This document shows, piece by piece, positions 12,479 to 25,200 of a DNA stretch of 64,000 bases (position 1 is the stretch's first letter; every line of letters begins with the position of its first letter). The position numbers and the translations under genes are program-made. The stretch comes from Eledone cirrhosa (taxonomy: Eukaryota), in assembly GCA_964016885.1 (NCBI GenBank), contig OZ024741.1, positions 364,002,001-364,066,000 on the forward strand, given 5' to 3'. The notes beneath the pieces are model-generated. The model saw only the letters and a program-made list of their open reading frames with translations, was not told the origin of the DNA and made no database searches.

Positions 12479-13995
12479 AATAGGGTCCTTTTTGAGGAAA
12501 TGTTTTACAGCAGATGCTTTTCCTGAACCAAACATTTTAGTTACCTCTTATAACATGCAGCAATATGGTGTATCTATATACCAGACACAGAGTATCAAGC
12601 ACACAACAGTGTAAATTTTTCAGACTAGAATTTTTGCCATATGCTGATGTGTATGTGTATGTGTGCGTGTGCGTGTGTGTATGTGCATACATTTATATGT
12701 ATGAGTATATAAATATAAATGTGCAAACACAGGCACGCTTACAAAAATACACACTCATAGACACATTCACATACACACACCATAGATTTCTCACCACCCC
12801 TTCCTTCCTTTTACACACTCATATTCATGCAGGCAGCAGATGTAAAGAGAGAGGAGTAGTATGATGTAATCAAACTACACCTCTCTACGTGTTATGACAA
12901 AATCGCAGAAATTTATATATAGATGATATAAACTGAAGAGGGGCTTAAATGAACTCCACCAGGTTATATTGCACAAAATACTCCTTGTAAAATGAAAGTT
13001 TGTATATGAAGCAATGATGGAGCCTCTAACCTGCTAGATATAGTAGCAAAATCTCCCTCAAGTTTCACCCCACCATCCTAAGAAAAGAAATTGGGAGGGT
13101 CCTCATGACTTGAATGCCATTTTTTAAATCATATGTTCTGAATAAGTTCTTTCATTACCATATTTCTGATAAATGACACTGCCTGTGATTCTCAAATAAA
13201 AAAGTATTTAAAGGAGTTTAGTAAAATAACTTTCTTATTTATAAAGCTGGTGTTTAAAGCAGCATATTGTTAGAACATTGGATTGAATGCCTCAGTATAT
13301 ATTTAGCATTTGTGTTGGTAATTAATTGATATATAGCAACAAGTGCGCTAGCAGACGAAGTGTCTAATAAAGTTATAACTGTATAAATACAGTGTGTAAC
13401 TGGTATATATATATATACACATATATATGTGTGTGTGTGTAGAGGAAGAGAGTTGACATATATATAACAATAAAGATTTCAGTTGCACCTCTGCAATTTT
13501 TTTTTCTTTTGGTAACAAGAACAGCAACGATACTGTAACATTTCAGTTTTGAGTCACCAACAATGACAGTTAAATTTCATTGGTAAAATGGTTTTTAAGT
13601 GAAATTTTATTCCTCTCAACTTGAAAAGTCTTTCACCTTGTTATTTAACAAGTGCCTTTCATGAACTTCACCAACAACCAAAATTTAAAGTCGTAGAAAC
13701 TTGAAAAAATATGTTAGAAAAGTGGCATTAGTATTATTGCTGTTGTTGTTGTTATTATTAAGGGGAGGGGGGGTCTATTAAAATACCAGGACTTCACCAA
13801 GAAAGGTTACCTCAATTTTGCAGTCAATTAATGAGAACTTAATTTATCAAGATTTTTAAGTTCAACTACAAACAACATTGCCAAATAAACAGTAAGCAAT
13901 GATAACCAACATTTTTTTTGCAAGTGATATATCTAAATTAGAATAATTTTAAATAGGAAATGGAATAAATCCTCTTATACATATGTATGTATATG

Positions 13996-14066
<71 letters not shown>

Positions 14067-14079
14067 TCTTGTTGTTTTG

Positions 14080-14124
14080 ATTGCCCTGATGAGTCCTTAA
14101 TAGGACGAAACATTGTCGGCTAAT
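14080..14124 (+). ncRNA. Minimal type I hammerhead ribozyme in a solo pLTR fragment (~14066-14170)
   Basis: GCC-CTGATGA-GTCC-TTAATA-GGAC-GAAAC-ATT-GTC-GGC-TAATAAA: canonical core and GUC triplet. Downstream flank is homologous to 33020-33060. Confidence 0.92.
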
Positions 14125-14344
14125 AAAAACTTTTGATGTATTAAAGGATTCTTTGTTTTACTCTCTTAATATATATATATGTATGTATGTATCAATCATC
14201 ATTTAACATGTTTTCCCTGCTAGCAAGGGTGGGCTGGTCTACATAGACCAAGTCAGAGTACTAAAGTGGGACTACTGACATACCAGACAGGCCACGTAAT
14301 CTGCATGCTGCTTACATATGGTCAAATGTTCTATTGAATGCAGA

Positions 14345-15250
14345 GGAGAAGTTGCAGGAGAGGTACTTAGCTAAGAGTAAATCACTGTATCTGGCTTTTG
14401 TAGATATGGAGAAGTCTTTTGACAGGGCCCCATGCTCTGTAATCTGGAAGGCACTTAGAAAGTTAGGTACAGATGAATGGCTTGTGAAGGCCATGCATAA
14501 ACGAGCAACCAGCACGGTGAGGATTAGAAGCAAGTACAGTGATGAATTTGAAGTACAGGTGGGTGCCCACCAGGGCTCAGCCCTCTCCAGTTTATCAATG
14601 TTCTTCAGGCCATCACTGAGGAGTTTAAAATTGGCACTCCATAGGAGCTCTTCTATGCTGATGACCTAGTCCTTACAGCTGAATCCATAGGGGAGTTAGA
14701 GACAAAATTTCAAGCATGTTGAAAGGCCTAAAACTAAACTTGGCAAAGACGAAAGTGTTAAAGGCAGGGGATACCATCAGGGAAATGGCCTTATTCGATA
14801 TATCATAATGGGGTAGGTAGAAATTCTATAAGGTGCAATTTATGGATGCACAAGAGAAGTAGTGGGATTGCAGGCAGGTTAATGGAAAAAATAGACTTTG
14901 TATGTGGCAGATGCACAAAAGAAGTAAGCACTAAGAACTCACATGAAATAGATTCCTTCAGTTGCCAGGGAGGCTACTTAGAAGTTGTCAACAGCTTTTG
15001 TTAATTAAGTGATCAAATTAACAGTGGGGGAGGTTGTACCGAAAGTGTGATAGCCAGGATCAGAACAGGTTGGAAGAAGTTAAAAGATTTGGTACTTCTG
15101 TTGAAAACAAAGAGCTTCTCTCTGAGTGAAGGGTAGACTGTATAACACCTGTGTGCAAACTGCAATGCTACATGGCACTGAAACATGGGCCTTAATCACA
15201 GAAGACTTGTGAAAGCTGGAAAGAAATGAAGCAAGTATGCTATGCAAGAA
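14345..15250 (+). mobile_element. Decayed RTE LINE RT fragment
   Basis: ORF 14334-14669 (FVDMEKSFDR, VGAHQGS), then YADDL and HG.ETW with frameshifts. Confidence 0.85.
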
Positions 15251-15304
15251 AGTCTTGATGATTTCTTACAAATGAAACAGTTTTAGAAGTCATTTCTATA
15301 ATAT

Positions 15305-15525
15305 CATCATCATTATCATCATTTAATGTTCATATTCCACGCTTGCATGGGTTTGGACGGGTGTTTTCCCACTTGAGGCAAGAGTGGTTGTATTGCTCGC
15401 ATAGGACTGTCTGGCAGGTTTTCTACGGCTGGATGCCCTTCCTAACACCAACCACATTTACAGTGTGGAACTGGGCGGTTTTTACCGTGTTACCTACACG
15501 GCCACATTACAGCGTGGACTGTGTT
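15305..15525 (-). mobile_element. RTE 3' tail fragment
   Basis: Reverse complement of 2930-3148. Confidence 0.8.
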
Positions 15526-15920
15526 TTACACATATATATACATATGTGTGTGAGGATAGTTATGTGGTTAAGGGATCCTCTTTGCAAACTGTTTAGAGTT
15601 AAGTCCCACTGTGTTTCAAATTGGGCAGATGTCTATAGGCTCAGGTTGACCAATGCCATGTGATTGGAGTGAAATTTGGTTGATGTAAACTGTGTGGAAG
15701 CCTGTTGCATTTACCTATCCTTTTCTGGCCACCCTACCTCTTAAATCTAACATGGTCTGGATGTATAAGATATATCACTGCTAGACTTCATTACTACCTC
15801 ATCATTATGATGTATGATGAACATTCCAAAAAGTAATTGTTCAACTTCTAGCTTTGAAGTATATGTCAACTAAAACTTATGCTTTTTCAAAGTTTGACCA
15901 ACAAAACAAATTAGATCTCA

Positions 15921-15963
15921 TATTCACTGATGAGAGCCTTTTAGACTGAAACAATTAAGAATA
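15921..15963 (+). ncRNA. Decayed hammerhead motif
   Basis: TATTC-A-CTGATGAG-AGCCT-TTT-AGACT-GAAAC-AATTA-A-GAATA followed by AATA. Stem III has lost its G. Confidence 0.55.
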
Positions 15964-16037
15964 AATAACCATGCTTAATTCTTTATCACGCATTGTTTAT
16001 CATTCCAATCAATTAAAATTATTATATTGTCACAATA

Positions 16038-16200
16038 AGGCGGTGAATTGGCAGAGTCGTAAAGCCGTTGGATATAATGCTTTACGGTATTCATCCCACC
16101 TCAATTGCGCACTCTCATTTCAAATCCCGCCGTGGTCAACTTTGCCTTTCATCCTTTTGAGGTCGATAAAAAAAGCACCAGTCAAGTACTGGGGTCGATT
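16038..16200 (+). mobile_element. tRNA-derived SINE family A (diverged copy)
   Basis: GGCGGTGAATTGGCAG head, TTCAAATCCC B-box, GCCTTTCATCCTT..GGTCGATAAAA central domain. Confidence 0.75.
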
Positions 16201-16391
16201 CTTCCTCTATAGAAAAAAGTCGGCTGTGTTCAGACCCGGAGAAGGTTGGGCTCCGCCAGGTTTAAATGTGCCCTAGACACGCCGTATGACAGTGCCTCTA
16301 CAACTCCACAAGTAGTTATGCGATCTTTATCCTTTTTTATTGTCACAATGCTTTCAAAAACTACCGAAGTGCTGAGTGGACTGAAATTCTT

Positions 16392-16506
16392 AGAAAATGT
16401 AGAAATCTCAAAAGCAGATAATAATTAAAACCACAGTTAATTGCTAATTTATAGCAATTGACTGTGGTTACTTTTATTTGCTGCTTTTGTAATTTCTACA
16501 TTTTCA
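16392..16506. repeat. Imperfect palindrome
   Basis: GAAAATGTAGAAAT..AAAAGCAG...AACCACAGTTAATTGCTA mirrors TAGCAATTGACTGTGGTT...CTGCTTTT..ATTTCTACATTTTC. Confidence 0.75.
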
Positions 16507-16539
16507 ATAATTAATTATAATTCTTTGATTACAACATTC

Positions 16540-18000
16540 TATGTAAAGATGCTTAGTAGCATCATTGTCAACTGCTATAGCACTAAAGTCACACTAGAAA
16601 GAGACAATTACAAAGGTATCAAATTTTCGGATCAAATTATGAAGGTTACAGAAAAAATGATAGCAAAATTGATTAGGGACAGAATTAACCTTGATGCAAA
16701 ACAGTTTGACGTGATACCATGGAGAAGCACTACCGATGCTATCTTCCTGCTGAGAAAACTGCTGGAGAAATATTTAGTTAAGAATAAACTCCTATACTTA
16801 ACATTCAACATCCTGGAAAAGGCCTTTGACAGAATCACATGATCTGTAATCTGGTAGGTGTTTAGGAAGCGAGGGATAGATGAGTGGCTTGTGAAGATTG
16901 TACAAGCCATGTACAAGGGTGCAGTTCAACAATAAATATAGCGATGAATTTAGTGTGTAGGTAGGAATCCACCAAGATTCAGTTCTCAGCCACCTTCTGT
17001 TTATTATAGACTTCCAAGCCATATCATCATCGTTTAACATCTATCTTCCATGCTAGCATGGGTAGGATGGGCTGTCCTTTTAACAGAAGGGATTCAAGAC
17101 TGATTATCCGGGGGGGGGGGGGGGGGGCACATGTATGATGATGATCTAGTATTCATAGCAGACACAACAAAAGAATTAGAGAAGTTCCATACAAAGAAAC
17201 AAAATCTGGAATCAAGAGGCCACAAAATAAGTAGGAAAAAGGATAAGGCTTTGCTGCCATTAGAAAAATGGCCATGCTTAATATGCTGAAAAGGAGTAGG
17301 TAGAAACTCCAAACGGTCTACCTATTGTGAACAATAGACATACACGAGATGAAGTGGAATCATGAGTAGGCTAACAGAGAATGTAGACTTGATATGTGAC
17401 AGCATACAAGAGAAGTCAACGATACGGGTACTTAAAAAAAACCCTGCCAAATGTTCACTAGAAGCTGTAGAAAGCTTTTTCGAAGTAGATGACTGAAGTG
17501 GCAGTGGATGTAACGAAGGTGTAGTTTCAGAGTGGAAGCTCAGGGAGCTATTACCTGTACTGGTAACAAAGGCTTCTCTCTCCGAGTGAAAGACAGATCA
17601 TGATGCTTTTGTGCAAAATGCTATGTGGACTTTGAGAGTGATGGTTAAAGAGGAATGAGATATACATACTCTGTTGGATGTGTCAAGTTTGTGTACAAGA
17701 ATGACAGAGCACAATTGAACTGAGAGAAAAGCTGACTATAAGAGGAATTGAATATAGTGTGAGACTGGTATGGTAATGTGATGTATAAAGAGAGTAAGAG
17801 TTGCATAAAGAAATGCCAAGCGCTCAAAGTGGATGGGGCATATGGTAGAGGGAGACAAAGGAATACACGAGATGAAGTGAAGAATGACGTCAAGAGGCAA
17901 ATCTCACAAAGGAGATGACATAGGATTAAGCTGACTGGCAATTTGCCATACGACAAAAAAACCTGCCCGTCAGTACAAGCACTGTGATACAAAGTTAATG
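16540..18000 (+). mobile_element. Old RTE LINE RT fragment with a nested tail insertion
   Basis: ORF 16525-16842 (NYKGIK, RSTTDAIF, LEKAFDR); degenerate downstream motifs. Confidence 0.75.
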
Positions 18001-19044
18001 TGGCAATCTCTGCCACAATGAAACAAGATACACCTTCCCAGTAAAGACCTGAGTGAACACACAGAATGTTGATGCCATGGTAAAATGCACCCAAAACACT
18101 GTAAAGTGGTTGGTGATATAGAGTGGAAGAGGGCTTTTCAGTCTTGCCACTCATATAACCTCTGCAGTGCTGGTGCCTTGATAAATCACCCTGTAAGGTG
18201 GTTGGTGTTAGGAAGGGCATCTAGCCATATAAACCCTACCAAATATGGAATGCATGAGCAAGATGAGGTCTCTCCCACCTGTCTATCTCAGACCATGACA
18301 ACCCCTCCAACTCATGCCAGTACAGAAGGCAGATGTAAAATGATATTCACACACACACAAACATTATATACACATTCATATATACATACACACACATATA
18401 TAATACAACTTTTTAGATGAAAGTATCATAACCAGCAAGTGTTTGATTCATCTGATGAATAATAGTAATATCTGTTTTATTCCCGAATAAAACCCAGATA
18501 TTTATGTGTTCATCATGGTAAAACAAGAAAATTCTTATCTTATCCCAAAACTAAATGCAGGAAAAACAAAAACAAAACAAAATAATTTCCATAGAAACAA
18601 AAACTTTATCAATATTATTATCTGGTTCAGAAATACAGCATGAGATAAACTAGCATGTAGGTGAAAGCATCTAGCCTAGTGGTTAGGCTGTTGGACTCAC
18701 AATCAGAAGGTTGTGAGTTTAATTCCTAGACCAAGCAATATGTTGTGTCCTTGAGCATGATGTTTCTTTTTGCGTTGCACCAAGAGTCCCAGTAGCAACT
18801 GAGGGTAACCCTTGCAAAAGACAAATAGGACTGGGGCCCCTGTAATTAAAACACCCGAGAAACCTATGAGATGCAACCTCATAATAGGCAAGCTAAACTT
18901 ACATAGGTGACATGTAACAACAAACTAGTGTGTTTGAGTCAATGATTGGATGATGCGTTGTGTTCTTAAACAAGATACTTCATTTGACATAGCAATCAGC
19001 TGAGAAAAAGCAATGAATACCAGAAGCAACTGGGAGACTAACTC

Positions 19045-19388
19045 TGTACTCTTAGATCTCAAATAATTGCCCTGCTTATTAATTTTTCAGATCACCCCCA
19101 CCTCGCTCTTATTCCAAACCACCTGCTTATTAAATTTTGCTACTCTTATCTCCAGCAAAATTTTATTTATACATTAAAAACATTATGCATGACAAAAAAA
19201 AGTACATTACTAGAAATCCCATATGTTATAAAATAAATAAGATGGGACGGGGTATCAATACAGAAACTAAGTGATTAATTCTGGTTTTTAAAAAAAAAAT
19301 CAATGGAGATAGCCTAGAAAAATTACAGATTTTCCAACTCACCCGCTTATTCCAACCTACCTCTCATTATTTGGGACCAGAGAGTACA
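19045..19388. mobile_element. MITE-like element with imperfect TIRs
   Basis: TGTACTCTTAGATCTCAAATAA ... TTATTTGGGACCAGAGAGTACA. Confidence 0.5.
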
Positions 19389-20270
19389 CTCAGTCATTGA
19401 ATACTAATGAAACCAGGATAAGTTTAAGCCTGCACATCTGTCTGATCTTGGGAAAGACAGACAGACCCTCTATTCTCAGTCAGTTAACACTAATGAATCT
19501 ATTTCTGTTGAATCTATTTGGCAATTGCACCAGCTGACAAGGTGTATACCTAGTTTGTGTCCTATATAATACATAAGGTGTCTCCAATCACAAATTAATA
19601 ATCTCCATGTGTTTCTTGACTGACAAGTTTTATTGCATAATTACAATATTGCAAATCACCCATTATTTTTACCATACTACAAAAGTAGTAGTAGCTTTGG
19701 TATTACATACTACTGCCCATTACAAATGTTCCAGTTCATGATTAGAGCTCATTAAAAGCAAAAAGGAATTATCCCCATCCCTCACCCACTTTGAGCAATT
19801 TTACATTCTTAAGAGGATTATATTACTTTCCAGACACAAGCATGATAGAGCAGTTAAGAAGCTCACTTCGCAGCCATGAGGTTTTAGGCTCGATCCTACA
19901 TCATGGCTTCTTAGGAAAGTGTCTTTTACAATAACCTCATGTTGACCCAAACCTTGTAGGTGAAAGTAGGTAGACAGAAACTCAGTGGAAGCCTGTCCAA
20001 TGGATTCTACCAATAATTCAATGGTCCTACCTTACCACATATTGTATCCTCTTCAGAACTACATTAAGGGTAGATGAGTCTGTGGAACACTCAACCACTT
20101 ACATGTTAGTTGACAAGACAAACATTCATTTGATTGAATTGAATATTCATAATTGAAACCTGCAAAGAAACCCTAATAATCATATTACTTTCCATCCAAT
20201 TTATATTCTGAAATTACAATGCATTAATTAAATAACAAAATCTAATTCTATGATATACAACTGTATATCT

Positions 20271-20430
20271 TTAATCCTTTAGCAGTTCAACCGGTCAGAA
20301 TTGGCCATTCATACTGATGTTAAGGTATTGTTCTCAAAATAAATAACATCAAAATCTCATAGATTCGATATTATGTGAGGTAAAGCCTTTACCACAAAAA
20401 TACAAAAGTATATGTAGAGTAATGGGTTAA
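20271..20430. mobile_element. piggyBac-like MITE copy
   Basis: TTAA ends; homologous to 40184-40410. Confidence 0.65.
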
Positions 20431-21899
20431 CTGTTTATATTTATCTAAAAGCCTTCCATCATAATTTCATGTAAAAAATTTATGTTCCAAATGCCATTTT
20501 CAAATTCTCGATTACTTTTATGATTATTTGAAAACTATAAACAGTATATTATATCAGAAATATGGAAATGGAAACATACTTGCATCTAATAAAAAAGAAG
20601 CAACAAATATAATAGACTGGTGAAGAAGAACCAGACAATAGAGAACTATTTTCACTTTACATTTGACACTGACTGCACAAATGTTTGTTTATGCCCTGCA
20701 TAAACTATGTCGTAGGGGTCAGTGGTTTAATGTGTGAAGATCAGTACCTAACAAAAAACAAGGGTTTGCATCAGGAAGAACACATGGCCATAGTATACAA
20801 CCAGAAAAAGTTGTTTTCAACCCATGTCAATATGAAAAAGCAAACATAAAAATGATGACAATGGTAAATAATTAGCAGTGTGTTTTTCTTCATGAAGTCA
20901 TGGGTTTGACAGGTCATCATAGACCAAATGAATACTTTATCAGAGACATTCTCCTTCTAGATAGGTCAGGGGATTACATCTCACTTTTTCGTTCCTAACA
21001 CCAACCATTTTACAGAGTGTACTGGGTGTATTTTATGATGACATGGGAGATTATCATGTTTGTGACATGAAACTGAAGAGTCCTCTCTCCTTTGACATGG
21101 TTTCTATGACTGGATGTCCTTCATAACACCAATCCCTTAGTGTGTACTAGGTGCATTTTATCATGGCAGCAGCACTAGAGAAGTTGTCAGGTCCTTGATG
21201 TGACTGACAAGTCCTCTCTAGCCACTGTTTGAATACCAACTACTTTATGGAATGTATACTGAGTGCATTTTATAATGGCACCAACATTAGAGAAGTAAGT
21301 TACCTTGTTCCAAGGCAAACCTGATCCAAAGCAGAAACAAAAGAGTGATAATTAAGGGGAAAAGAGACATATTACAAGCCTTGTGGGGTAGACTGAGTGC
21401 CGGGATGCTGTGGGAGTGAGTAATGGAGAGAGTGAATGGATGCAAACAAGATTTGTTTGTTTCTAGGAGACTGGATGCCCCACAAGTATCATGATATCTT
21501 CCATTGACATCACTAAAGCTTCTGATTCCATTGTCTTATACAATACAAAATATGAGCCAACGAGAGACCTTCTCTGCAGCTGCTTGATCTGCTAGGAACA
21601 GCAACCAATCTCTCCCAAATTATTAGATAATGTAGTTCTACAAAAATCTAAAAAAGTAAGATGCTCACAGGTCGAATGCCATGTCTAAATGTATTTTGCA
21701 AGATTTTTGCTTATGTTCACATGAATATACAAACCATTCATTAATATCTTGCCCTACACCACCTAAAAACAATTGTCATGCTGATTTCAAAAGGTAGGTC
21801 ACTTTTTATAGTATTTTATTGATCTTATCTATCAAAAAAACTCCTCACAGGCAATAATTTATTTGATAATCGACAAGTATATTTATCTCATCTCAGCCA

Positions 21900-22270
21900 A
21901 TCGGATCATTGAACCAGAGAAACAAATTCATGTCAGGGGTCTCACTCTACCGTCACTGTCCATATTTCCTTTCTGATAGTTTTTTAGTCTTCAGATTGGT
22001 ATCTCTTTAAAGTATGCAAATATTGTTAGTGGTTTGTCTCCCATGGCTTACCCACCCATGTTTTGGCTCTCATAGCATGAAATTTAAGGCTATTTCTTCA
22101 GGATGTCTCACAGTGACTTGCCAATAGCAATCTTCACTAAATTATCTTTTCAGCTAACCTTTACAGACCATAAAGTTCTGTATCGGTGGTGTAGCTAACT
22201 CTTCCATGCAATGTTAAGAACAACCCATAACATGCAGAAGTACATTTCACCAGTACCTAACTCATTGCTT
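21900..22270 (-). mobile_element. Old RTE-like LINE C-terminal fragment
   Basis: Minus-strand remnants TDTELYG, EPKHG, HGRQ, TLKRDT across frames. Confidence 0.5.
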
Positions 22271-25200
22271 TACTGACAATAAATAACATTGTTTCTTCAC
22301 CAAACTTTAGCATTGCTATGTTTATGATATATATATATATATAAATAAAAGAGAGAGAGAGATTACGAAAGTCACCGAATTTATTTTAATGACCTCCTGC
22401 CATAGCTCACATAAGATGCAGTTGATTGGCTGCATGTTGCATTACAGACCAAACAGTTTTATGGCAGTGTTCAGGTATTGGTTACAGGTATTGGTTACAC
22501 TAATCAATCTCATGCATGCACACACACACACAAAGGCAGGGCTGTGCGGTTAAGGGGTCGGCTTCACAACCATGTGGTTTCAGGTTCAATTGCACCTTGG
22601 GCAAGTGTCTACTACCTCAAGTTAATGCTTTGTGATTGTAATTTAGTATATATTTAGGGAAAGCAGACATTAGAATAAGTACTGGGGTTGATATGATCAA
22701 CTAAATCTTCCAAAGCAGTAAAAAAATATGAAGAGAGAAACAACAACACTGACAGAGAAACGCGTTTCAGATCATTTTTGTGACAGCCAAACAAAAAAGC
22801 TGTACAATTATTATAATATAGATTCCATTGATAATATCCAGCAACTGACTGTATGGTACTTACAGGTATAAAAAAAGCAAACGCAAACTTACAAAAAAAA
22901 AAAAAAATAATAATAATAATAAAGTCTTTATTAAGGATATTATGAGATTTTTTTTTTATAAATTGCTTGTCTGTTAACTTACTGCCCACCTTTCACTGAT
23001 TTACATACCTCTCGTAGTATTATAGGTGTGTCCTCACATAGGAATGTAAATTCATTAGAGAAAAAGCGAAAAAAGTGAATGTAAAGTCCTATTGATCTCT
23101 ACGTGGAGAACCGGATAGTTATGCTCTTCAATCCACCACCTTCAAATACAAACACACACAAGTGAGAGATGTACAGATTGAAAAGAAATATGGAATTTAA
23201 AGTAGGTTTATTTGGTAGAGGGAAGAGATAGATCTAAATGACATGTCACTGTACAACATATATTTATTTATTTATTACTTTTCAAACTCAGTCAATACAA
23301 AACTGTATTGTAAACATACCGTGTATAGGTCGCACCTCTATTCAGGGCGAGACATATTTTACCGGCTTCCGAGAGAGCGGGGCGCTACATATACAACTAC
23401 AGCATACAAAGATTAGCATTGCCGCCCCTCTTTCCCCTCGAGCAACTGCACAGTGTGCCATACCTACTTACATTGTTCTTTCAAGTCTGCTACTTATTTC
23501 ATAGGTCTCCTTTTGTCTAACCGCTAGGTTACGAGAAATAAACGAAGACAGAGACTCGCGATATTTAATCAAATAACATAAAAGGGCTGTTTTAACAGCA
23601 TTACAAAAACCTGGACAAAGCAATGGACTGGGGCCCCTACATCACTACAGCATACACAGATTAGTACTGGGTCGTCAAATGTGCCCAAGCTTTAAAACGA
23701 CACTACACATAATTACCATCTTAACATTATAAAAGAGGCTCCAACATACACAACTGCGCCAACAGCACTTAAAACACTGTACTATATATTCTGTATTGAG
23801 GTTTTGGATAAGTCGTACACTGGTTTTTTAAGTAGTATTCTCACGAATAAAGGTGAGTGTGTGGTGGCCCCTTAAATTACAGCTGAGTGAAATAAAATAT
23901 CTTGCTTAAAGACACAACGCACCGCAAGGACTCGAACTCACGACCTTATAATTGTGAGCTTGAACCCAGTTTTCTTCTTCGTACAGGATAAACGTGCGAC
24001 TTTTATATTCGAAAAATATACGACGTATATCAAGAGGTGGGCTGTGGGTGAAAAGTATAGATTTATCAGCGGGTCATTATTTTTTTGTTCAGCGAGACAA
24101 TAGTGTAAATAATAGTTTATTTCTTTTAAGACACCCTCTCATTAATTCCTGACAGTAGTTCTGCTTGCCATCAGTCAAAGATAAAAATAAAGATTTTGCA
24201 AGCAGTTCAGATAGATAGATATATCTAATCAAATGAAGGCAAAGGACAGCAGAGGAAGATAGGTAGGCGTTTAAACAAAGTAACCTTATATCTGCGAGGT
24301 ATTTGGTCGGCTATATGACTTCCCTTGCCCCGTTCCACTTGTACAGAAGAAGGTACGATAAAGTGAGTGGGGATATGAGGTGATGTGGATATTAAAGTAG
24401 AAAGAGACGTTAATTTTCTAACTCTGAATAGTGGCATGTTACTACTGGTAACTAACTGACCCCAAGGTGACATTCCAGCAATTGATGGAGTATGACAAAT
24501 AAATAATCTTGCAGTACTTGAAAGAAAAGAATGTTAATACATATGGAATGCTATGAAATATATCTTTCCGAGATACCACTTCATTATATACAGCACTAAT
24601 TAGAGAAAAATTAATAACTTTGGTTAATTCATACTATTCAATTCATAACGATTATGGATTAATTAACGAAGTATGTTACTTGTTGCAGTCATTAGATTGC
24701 GGCCATGCTAGAACACCACCTTAAATCAGTATTTATTTTTTCAAGTCTGGTACTTATTTTATCGCTCTCTTTTTGTCAAACCGCTAGATAATGAGAACTA
24801 AACATGGATTCCCATAATTTTTAATTAACTAACATAAATATATTCATGGTGTAATATATTCAAAGCTTAACATAGTTGCTTCTCTTAAATATTAGGATAA
24901 ACAAAACAATAATAAATGAAAGAGAAACACTTCAATTCATGTTAACCCTTTCATTATCATATTTCTAATAGAAAACACTGCGTATAATTTTCAAATAATC
25001 AAGAATTCGAAGGAATGTTGTGGTATAACTAACTTGCTAATGTTTAGAACATAACATGATGGCAGGTTTTTAAATAGGTATAAAGGTGTTACAGAAAACA
25101 ACTTTATATTGTAGAACCAGGGGTACTTTGATATTAAAAGGATTATATTCCAGAAATAACCAAGTCTCAAATCACGCCCTACGTAACACTTGGAAAAAGA

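Noticed and set aside
16236-16320. Very degenerate hammerhead-like layout
   Set aside because: Both conserved boxes need several changes; indistinguishable from chance.
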